Origin: Octopus vulgaris
Taxonomy: Eukaryota
Length of the DNA stretch: 64,000 nucleotides
NCBI GenBank assembly: GCA_951406725.2
Contig: OX597815.1
Coordinates: 163,246,001 to 163,310,000 of the forward strand
Reading direction: 5' to 3'
Both the position numbers and the translations under genes were made by a program. Of this stretch, positions 50,723-61,081 are shown piece by piece (the first letter of the stretch is position 1; every line of letters starts with the position of its first letter). Under the pieces are notes generated by a model. The model saw nothing but the letters and a program-made list of their open reading frames with translations, was not told the DNA's origin and made no database searches.

Positions 50723-51397
50723 TAACATGCGTACGCGCAGTTACACACACACACACACACACACACACATACGACGGGCTTCTTTCAGTTTTTCGTCGGC
50801 ACGAGACTTTAGTAGAAGGCACTCACTCAAGGTGCCACGCAGTGGGACTGAACCCGCAACAATGTGGTTGGGAAGCAATCTTCTTACCGCCCACACGAAA
50901 TTTCTTACGCATTCAAATTAGAAACTGCCCGCAGAGGAATTTTTCTGTAAACCCAAACGAAAAGAAAAACCGGTCTAAGCCTTCACATGAAAACAGTTAT
51001 TTCGTAGCAGTTGCATTAAACTCCACGATGCTTAGACGCGTTTCCCGTGATGTTTGTCATGTGATATTTACCAAGAATCGAAATGTATTGATAACATAAT
51101 AGTCAGACTTTTATTACAAGTATTTATCATTTAGCAATTGTCATTACACCCCTCCGCAAAAGAAAGGAAAGAAAGAAGGATATTGTGGTTATTTATTCTC
51201 TCTTAATAGACTCGCTTATTGCTGATGAAATACTCAGTGTAAATTTAAGTTTTGTGCAGGTTGTTTGTCAATCCTCTCATTACAAGTTGAAGTGTAATTA
51301 TTTTGAATGATGGCGACGTGTACGGTTCATTTGCTTATTTTTATTAAAGACTAGATCAGTATTGTAAACAGCATAAAAGTAATACCCTTCCTGCAAT

Positions 51398-52320
51398 GGC
51401 CAGAAATGGCCAGTAATAATAAAAAAAGTAGGGGTTACTGGTGAAAGTTCTTTATGCAATGAACAGATAATTGTTTTTCCGCAGAAGTAAATGGAAAGCA
51501 TGCATCTTATTGATAAGTATTCGGTTGCAGTTTATGAAAAGTAGGATATTGAACGTCACTGTTTGACCAAGCACGAAAAACTGAAAGGTTTTCCGTTTAG
51601 GCAAGCGAGCACTTTTGAAAGAATCTATATTCAAACAGTAATCTATTTTCATAATGTAAATACTTTCCTTAGCGCAAATAAGTTATGAAATGTGTGAGCT
51701 AATTCCACAGAAAGTGAAACCATATACTGAAGGCAAGTTTCTTTAACAATGTGTAATGATTGGGTTAACATGCAGTTTGTCGTCATAAAAAAAGTGAAGG
51801 TAAATTGCCCTAAAAAATGAAAGTAAGTTGTGATAGAGACCGAAAGTAACGACAATGATATACAAAATGTTCATTAAAAAGCATAAAGAACTCCTTCATC
51901 GTGATACCTTATAGTGATGTTAATTATTTCAGAAATAACAGCTGAGGTACATCATACTAATGTAAAATAACCAGCAACAAGCAATTTCGAGAAGGCAATT
52001 CTGTGGCTTGCATGACAATGCATGATAACGAATACAGTTGCAATTGACTAGAATTTTTTTACGACGACTTTCTTTCACTTTTTACGGTGGCAAACTGCGT
52101 GTTAGCCTAATGACTGACGCATGAATTTTAAATCCAGACAAACTATGAATGTTCGAGTATATAAGTTTATTAAAGAGGGCAGTTTCTGGATAATATAAAA
52201 GATTTTGTTAACCTTATCCTAACATCATTGAAACATACATAATACAATGCACGTTTTATTCAATAACTGTAGATGAGACAACAGACGTAGCAAGTAAGGC
52301 ACAGTTGGTTGCAGGTGTAT
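51398..52320 (+). mobile_element. Decayed hAT (Buster/SPIN-like) transposase, N-terminal half
   Basis: Zn-finger remnant (EVNGKACIL...IERHCLTKH) and first catalytic-D motif FYSITVDETTDVASKAQLV at about 52254-52310. Many stops and frameshifts. Confidence 0.7.
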
Positions 52321-52379
52321 GTGACATAACGGCAAACTTTACTATATGCAGTTTGCTTTACAAATCAATGTACAAGATT

Positions 52380-52866
52380 TCCTGAGGTGAATATCTTTTT
52401 TTCTGGGTTCGGATCAATAATAAATGTTTCCTATTTATCTTTCGAAAAGCTCAGTGGTGAGTAATAAGCGTTGTGTTATCTACAGTAGGATATCAAAAAG
52501 TAGTAGCTGCGAAAGAATTAGAAAGCCGTCTATTGGATTCTACTACCGTAATAGCATGTCTGTATTTTACTCCCCAATTCAAATTTATACACAACGTTCT
52601 CTGCTACGTGAGAAGAATGTCGCAGGAAAGAATCGCAAGATGGGCTCTTCAAGTCGGACCGACTAATGGAGACCTGGAATTAGGCCAGGAACAGGGTGAC
52701 TGGATAATATCTGTAATCTTATTTGGTCATACCTGGGAATCGAACCGGAAAGTGTAATGACAGTTGCTTCTGATAGGATCCTATGAGCACTCTGATAGGA
52801 TCCTTGAGAACTCTAGTCCCTGACCCTCTCAAGAATAGTGGTTGGAGAATGGATGTAAATGGATGA
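52380..52866 (+). mobile_element. Decayed RTE-clade LINE 3' end
   Basis: YVRRMSQERIARWALQ...RP..RP..*LDNI...LGI...ASDR..* pattern and a gatg-type tail. Confidence 0.55.
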
Positions 52867-53913
52867 AAGGATGGGGCGAAGAAGGTTTTTGAAAAATCTC
52901 GGTCCTGGCTGTGTGGTAAGAAGCTTACTTCCCAACCATATGGTTCCAAAGTCAGACACACTGCGTGGCACCTTGGTCAATTGTCTTCTACTATAGCCTC
53001 GGCCCAACCAAAGCCTTGTGAGTGGTTTTGGTAGAGGGAAACTGAAAGAAGCCCGTCGTATCTATCTATCTGTCTGTCTGTCTGTGTATGTGTGCGCGTG
53101 TGTGTGTGAGTGTGTGCGTGTCTTTGAGTTTGTGTCTGTCTCCCACTATCGCTTGACAACCAGTGTTGGTGTGTCTACATCTCCGTAACTTAGTGGTTCA
53201 GCAAATAAAAAACCACGATAGAGTAAGTATCTGGCTTAAGGAAAAGAAGTACTGGGGTCGATTCATTCGACCAAAAATTCTTTAAGGCGGTGCTCCAGCA
53301 TGGCCGCAGTCTAATGACTGAAACAAGATAAAAGATGATAAAAGATCAAAAATATGGTGACTTGCAGCATTGTGAGTTTCGCTTGTTATACAAAAGGCAC
53401 GGCATTTTCGACAGGCCGCGCACAAAATCACTGAGGTTCAAATGAGCTATTTACAGCGATCAAAATAGTTTTTATTGGCAACGTGGGAGTGATGATCCAT
53501 CACTACCCAAACACAAAGAAATCAGAACCCATATGAAAATGTCTCAAAGAATAATGCTACATCTGTAGGCCAATTCTCAAAAGAGACCGATACAATATGC
53601 ACGAGACTTAAAAATGAGTAAGGTGTCGATTTATAGAATTAAACCCTTCGAGGTGGTGCTCCAGTAGGGCCGCAATCCTTATAGCAGAATCAAGTATTTA
53701 TTCAGAATAAAATGAAGTTGATTGCTAGTTGTTTGAGCTGGAGAGAAAAATATATTTAAATGTAAGTACGATCAAAATATAGACAAGTCTTTTGTTCGAA
53801 GGTAGACATCGTCTGACAATATCAAATTCTATATAAACTTTGTTCGTTGTTGTAAAGTGTCTATAATTACAACCAACAAACTCTAGAGAATTTCGTTGGT
53901 AAGAAAATCTATA

Positions 53914-53955
<42 letters not shown>

Positions 53956-56900
53956 AATTTTTAGAAAATATATATGAAACTAAATATGTATCATATCAAA
54001 ATACAATTTGTTTTGACATACGCACGAAACAACCTTATTAGAGTTCATTTATACAATTAGCAATCAACTCTGTTGGTACTACTGCTCATACCTGCTGACG
54101 GTAATGGTGATGGTGATGGTGGTGGTGATCATGGCAGAGTTGACGGAAGCTGTCATGTAGCCACCAATTCTCTTCAATTTCTTCTTAATAATGTCCTTCA
54201 TAAACAATATGTTTTCGTCAAAACAGAAAACATATATACTGTATAATTCAGTCATACCATTATTTTTTTTTCTCTTTCACTGGCTTCAAAACATTTTTAA
54301 TCAATGATAGATATTAAATAAAATTTCGTTGTAAGTGTTGTCTTTAAGACTTGTTATGTAAGGGGCTGCCAGATTTGAAGTGGTGAAAATAACAAGCTGA
54401 AAGACTAAAAGTAACGAAGTTGTGATAATAATAAAAATATAAAAAAGACCAATATTTTATGAACTGATTGTTATATCTTTCAGAGTAATACATTTTGAAT
54501 ACATAGAGTGCACCATATAATTTGAAAGGCTTTATTAATATTGTTAATGCTAATGTTTTCAATTAAAAATACGATAATAGGCATGCTGGCCTATATTTGC
54601 AACATGTCCACGCCTTCTCAGTTGAAGATAATCAAATGTATATTTTTTTCTATTAGTAACACCCTTTTTGTATATTCGGAAAAAAATTACTTTAGCATAG
54701 ACGCGAAAGGGCATGTTCTAATACTCAAGATTATTGTCAAAAGCTTAAGCTTAATTTGATTTCTTCGTTTAGTTTTCACACCTTATTCTCAAAATACCTC
54801 TGCAAACAAGGTATTAGTATTTGGTAAGCTGTGTATTTTCATTCTAAACTCAGCAAGGTTAAAGAGTACGGGTTCTCTAAGACATTCTTGGACCAAAATG
54901 AAGATCTAGATACTGGAATTTGTCCCTCACAAATATTTGAACACTCAATAGTTATGAGTTAATGCTACTAGCCTTCAATTTCACTCAGCTTAAATTGGTC
55001 AGCTAGAATTAATGGAAGGTTTAAAAATAATGACCGCATGTTGCCAAGGCGTATGATAAGAGACATATCCTTCGCTTGTTTCGGTATTATTAGGATTGCA
55101 AGAAAGAAGCTCTTTGCAAGTTGTCATTCAAAAAATTTAGGACGTCTTGTTGAACATTTAGGAACTTTACGTTGGTTATAGCATAACCTTATCTGTTAAA
55201 GATCAGAAGCGTTGAAACGTCGTAGCCTAAATCCATTAAGCACTGCATGATCAGGTTGTAGAGTTCCGAGCATTCCAAAGCTGAATTTTCCTCAGTCAAT
55301 ATGAAAAATACATACATTGCATTTTGATCTGATTAATCTGTTCTGATAAAGTAAATTAATCCCAGCAAAATAATTTAGTATTGGCTTGATGAGTGTGAAG
55401 TATAGCTTATTGATAGGGTTAAGGTCCATTGAACATAAATGCTCTGAAAAATATTTATCACAAGAGGAATAAGTTAAAGAAAGTCACCGATGTAAAAATC
55501 GCTTTACATTATTACACTTTCCTAACTCCTGTGTTCCTTTCAAAGGTGTCTTTCTTATTATTTATCAGTCAGTAAATCTCTAGATAACTCTCATTAATGA
55601 AACTCTGTGGAACCAGCTGTAGCTTTCTCTTATCAAATAATATTAGAAGGCAATAATTCGCATAAGAAGAGACAAATTGTAAGCTATAAACATTTGATAA
55701 GAATCATATGAGAGATATAATTCTTTATCAAAGTGAGTGATGAGGTTTACTTAGAATCGATAACCTACCCATGCCAATCGAAAAATACTCCTTCAATTCC
55801 AAAATTGCTAAAATAGTCTTTGTGATATTGATATAAAACTTCATGTGGTACTTGTTGTTAAAAACTGGTCAACAGAGATGAAATCTTATTACGTTTAGTA
55901 TTATGACATCGAGCACAGATACACCAAATATTGTTTTTACAAGTAATATCAGATGATTGTTCTTTAATGAGAGAGAATGATGTCATGTTCGAATCATTAA
56001 CTTGTTCATCAAACCAAGGCCAGTGATATGAGTTTGAGGAGAGCACGGCCCCATAATTCTGTAAAACTGCAAAGTAAAGGAGCTCGTGCCAGAAGTTGAC
56101 GGCATTTCTGCTTTCGAAAGTTTACTCAAATGACCAATGAAATGAATATAAGAATAACTTTGCAATATATACAGATAGAGAGAAATTATCATCATTCTTT
56201 TGCCAGATAGATTTGATGCTCATCTGCTGATGTCATATTTTCGATATATTTTGTCTATTTTAATGACCTATGCGACCTCTGTGAACACTTACGTCAGTTT
56301 TACAAACTTTAAAATGATATCTTAAATTTAGTAAGTTTATTTTCCTTCTTTTATGAGATAGACTTGACGGACATCTCTTTATGTTTCACTTATGATATAT
56401 CTTCTCTGCCTGATTTAAGTCTGCCTGATTTAAGTCTTCTCTGTAAACTCTTCTGTCAGTTTAATATTACTATATAATTTCCATTTTTCATCAGTTAAGG
56501 AAACCATTTAACAAATAAGGGCTTCTTTAGCCAAGATATCTTAAATGTTTTCACGTATTTAGTCCAACCTTTTTCAAAAATTTCCATTTATTTATTTTCC
56601 ACAAAAATAAAAGACAGATAAACTGTGCAAACGAAAACTTCAGGCGAACTAAGCCGCTGAAGTTCTAACCACATTCACTGAGACGGAAAAGAACTATAAG
56701 CAGACCTTAATCATGTAACACGTGAAACTCGGGGTCGGTAAAGTCATACATTCATTTCGAGCTAAATATTCAACCAGAAATTAATATGGAAGGGTGAAAA
56801 ATTGAAAATCGGAATCGCATGCTAATTCAGTTGCTCAGTAAGTTCTTAGATCTGAAAAGAATTGATCTTTCGGATAAGTAAACCTTGCATCTCTTTGATC

Positions 56901-58059
56901 CATTAACGTATAGCGTGGATCATTCCACGATGCTCCACATGACGATGTGTGATGTATTATTTGCCTCCCGGTCCCAGATATGGTTAGCAACCTTGGTGGT
57001 TTTTTTCTTGTCTATATATTGGAAAGAAGAATGGTGATTAGCATATCCTTCTTTTTAAAGTCCCTTTCGCATATACCAATGTACGTTTCATTTTGAGTTT
57101 CATAATATTTGAGTACTAATGTGACTAATGTACACCACTAAGCTAATTATACATGCTTTCTCAAGTGGGCAAGTTTCTGGGACTCTACAGTTACAACTTG
57201 AAGCAGGCGCCTGGTGTTACCTGCGTGTGATAATATTTTAATGCTGGCACAGCAACTGAATGTAACATTCATTGAACGTCCATTAAAAAATTTTCTATAA
57301 CTTTAGCTATCTGGGAAATGCTTAACTATGAAGGCCAGGAATTTTATACCTACATTAGTCTTGACATCTAAAGAGAAAGGGCTGGGGAATGCAAAGCGTA
57401 TAATCTTCCTGCGTCTATTTCGAAGTTTCATATTTTAAATCGTTGGGCAGTGAGCTATCTTCTTGAAGCCAGTGTTAGTTAAGTGTCCCCGTCTTAGTGT
57501 ATCGACACGGGTACATAAAATATTTTATGGTACCTGTACTAAAGGATCGTTGTTGGAGGGGCCACTACGCCGTCTGTTGTACTCATACAAACGCCGTCAT
57601 AACTGCTATCATAGACGTTGCAACCACCTCCTCATCATCAGAAATGAGCTGTCTTTTTTTTTTTATATATATCAACCCGACTCGGCAGCACGAGGAAATA
57701 CATGTGACCGTTCTGAAAAATGGCTTTCTTGAAAGAAAGTACTTTCAACGTGCTCTGCTGCTTTCAATCGCTGCTAAACAGCTTGCTGCCATTGCATTGC
57801 TGCGCAGATGAGCGCTGCATATGAATCATTTATGGGGGTAAGTATGCAGAATGAATATAAACTACCTTCGCTTTTCATGTTCACTATTTGCTATCTCTAC
57901 TGTGTATTTACTGGAATACATAAAACGTGAATAAGAAAAACTGTAAATCAACGTAAAAAAAATTAAAACAAAATCAAAAACAAAAGCGAAGAAAGGTTTT
58001 TCATGGATTTAATATATTTATTTCCTGTAACTATAGGAGATAATATATACCTACGCCCG

Positions 58060-58636
<577 letters not shown>

Positions 58637-59249
58637 TCCACTGAATCTTACATAGCTGATATAAATAATTCAAGAAAAAAAATCCACCACAATAAAATCA
58701 TCTTCCACACCTATCCTTAAAATTCATTTATTTTTATTTATTTCAGAAAATACTTATCTATGTAACCTCACTTGAATTTATATTTGAAAAGACATAAAAA
58801 TGTCATTTTAGAAGCTTTGAACTCGTGTTATAGTTTTAACGATACAAATACTACTCATATAATATATAATAAGTGGGTTTTTTTTTTTAAAATAAAATTT
58901 TGAACTGTTTAAAAAGTCGTTAAAAAAAATTACTCTTTAATATTCAATTCATGAAGAAAATTTCGTGGTGCTTTTGTTGTTCTTTTTGCTTTTAAGTTTT
59001 GTATTACAACTGATTGATAGTTGTGGGACAAGAAATGGGAGATGAACGAAAATGGTGAAGACAGAAAGAATTCTGTGCAACAATTCCCTTACAACCGATG
59101 CACACACATGCGCGCACGAACGCTTACACACTGACGTATATCTGTGTGTGTCTGTGTGTGTACAAGTTTATATATATTTGTATATATATATGCATAAATG
59201 CATAATACATACTTATACATGTATACACTGTCAGTTATATTGCTTGCCA

Positions 59250-59296
<47 letters not shown>

Positions 59297-59302
<6 letters not shown>

Positions 59303-60093
59303 AAATCCGTTCTGTCTGTCTCTGTGTGTGTCTTCTAGGACCTCGGGTGTCCTCCATCCGATTGCGCTCAAATTTGATATGTAGATACCGACGGTATCAG
59401 GGCGCGTATGTCTTGAAAAATTACGAAAATCGATTCCAGGTTAGAATGCGATCGATAAAGCCGTGGGAACGTGCATTTGTACGCGCAAGTACATCAGCTG
59501 TTGCGATCGATTCTACACGTACGCGAGAAAAATGCACGTGCAGTTTGCACAAAAAAAGCCGGCTGTCTTGAAATAATGCCACAAATTGCAGTATATTTAA
59601 GAGACCAAAAAAGTAAGATGCAAAAGAGGTATTTTCTTCAAACTTGGCATGAAGGAAAGATAGACTATTTGTAGCTCAAGAAGCATTTTTTGCCTTAACT
59701 TCGTTTAACAAAATCAAAAATATTTTATTGAAATAAAGGCATGCTTAATTATTTTTCAATGAAAAGAAAACACTGATTGCTTTTTATTCAAGGAAGAAAA
59801 TACTATTTTCTTGCTAATAAATGATTTACCATGTTTGTGTTCTTCCAGTCAACAGCCTTATCATTGCTGGTACTTTAAACGCTTCGGTTGCATATTTGTG
59901 TGAATAAAATCGTTTTTCTTTGGAATAGAAAAACAGTCTATCTTTATTTCTTCTTTTGCTGGTGTCTCAAATTTAGGTTAAATCAGTGTTTCTGAAAGGG
60001 GAGGCCTATGGAACGGTCAGACAAGTTGTTTTGAGAAAATTTGGTTTAAATGTTTGACAACTCAGCACCGTCCATTGGACGGGGGGCGTTTTG

Positions 60094-60097
<4 letters not shown>
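59297..60097 (+). mobile_element. Helitron-like non-autonomous element
   Basis: 5' tatataaaatccgttctgtctgtc. 3' hairpin ccgtccattggacgg (60068-60082) followed by CTCG-T, a CTAG variant. Confidence 0.6.
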
Positions 60098-60098
<1 letters not shown>

Positions 60099-60154
<56 letters not shown>

Positions 60155-60157
60155 ACA

Positions 60158-60238
<81 letters not shown>
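60099..60238. repeat. (CA)n microsatellite
   Basis: Direct inspection. Confidence 0.95.
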
Positions 60239-60240
<2 letters not shown>

Positions 60241-60241
<1 letters not shown>

Positions 60242-60582
60242 AATTAGTGTACACTTAAACACAAAGAGGTGAACCTTAAAAAGGTCGCCTTATATACTAG
60301 AAGGTACAATCAAAAAGTCCAAACCACAGTTAAGAGCAATTTCGAATTTATATGTTAATGTTTTGGCATATCCACTGATGAGAACTTCGCCTTGCAAATT
60401 ATTTTATTTGCTAATTAAAGTTCGAAACCTAAGGTCCGGCTGTAAAACATGGTAAATGTTTTTATTTTTCATTCCCTTCGAAATTGCTCTTAACTGTGGT
60501 TTGGACTTCTTGACTGTTCCTTCTAGTATGTAAGGCGACCTGTTTAAGGCGAACCTCTTCGTATTTAAATATACACTAATTT
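60241..60582 (+). mobile_element. Penelope-like terminus: about 105-bp inverted repeat around a hammerhead-containing spacer
   Basis: 60241-60346 is the diverged reverse complement of 60477-60582. The spacer contains CTGATGA...GAAA...GTC. Confidence 0.75.
60369..60442 (+). ncRNA. Minimal type I hammerhead ribozyme motif
   Basis: CTGATGA (60375-60381), stem II gaactt/aagttc extended by gcaaat/atttgc, GAAA (60424-60427), stem III ACC-taa-GGT, GTC cleavage triplet (60434-60436). Stem I is only partly paired. Confidence 0.7.
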
Positions 60583-60675
60583 TATATGAAAAATATGTCT
60601 ATTAACTTTGTATACATGCTAGTCCACTGGTAGAAAAAAATTCTATAATTTTTCCTACCCTATATCAATTTTAAG

Positions 60676-60720
<45 letters not shown>

Positions 60721-60947
60721 GCAAACATACATAATACATAGATACATATTGTATGCACTGTCAATTATATTGCTTGTCAACCCAACATAGTCTGATTTTC
60801 ACGTTTTATTATTTATAATTTTTACAATTTTATAATATTGTAATGATAATAGAATAATATATATCGTGATAAGTGTAATACTTAAATGCGTTCGGCAATC
60901 ATCAGGTTTATATAGTAGTCGTGACAGTCGTCTTCCACAACCGACAA

Positions 60948-60989
<42 letters not shown>

Positions 60990-60996
<7 letters not shown>

Positions 60997-61081
60997 CTTA
61001 GAATAACTTAGAAAGGTTTTTGGCCAGTATTGGCCCAGGCCATGTCTAACTTAATAGCACCACCTGGCGAAGTCTTTCAGT
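60990..61081 (-). mobile_element. 3' UTR and tail of the CR1-group LINE: GGCCA-ATAC-TGGCC stem-loop and TTCTAAGTTA x2 tail, abutting an (AT)n tract
   Basis: Minus strand after the stop codon reads ...ggcctgggccaatactggccaaaaacctttctaagttattctaagttatatata. A 3' stem-loop plus short tandem-repeat tail is typical of CR1/L2 elements. Confidence 0.8.

Noticed and set aside
55000-57840. Possible Helitron/Helentron or MULE coding remnants and a plus-strand donor at about 57838
   Set aside because: Only isolated Cys pairs and short words (ICARC, ILNRW); not enough ordered motifs to call.
60790-60910. Minus-strand CTGATGA...GAAA as another hammerhead
   Set aside because: No convincing stem II or stem III pairing in this copy.
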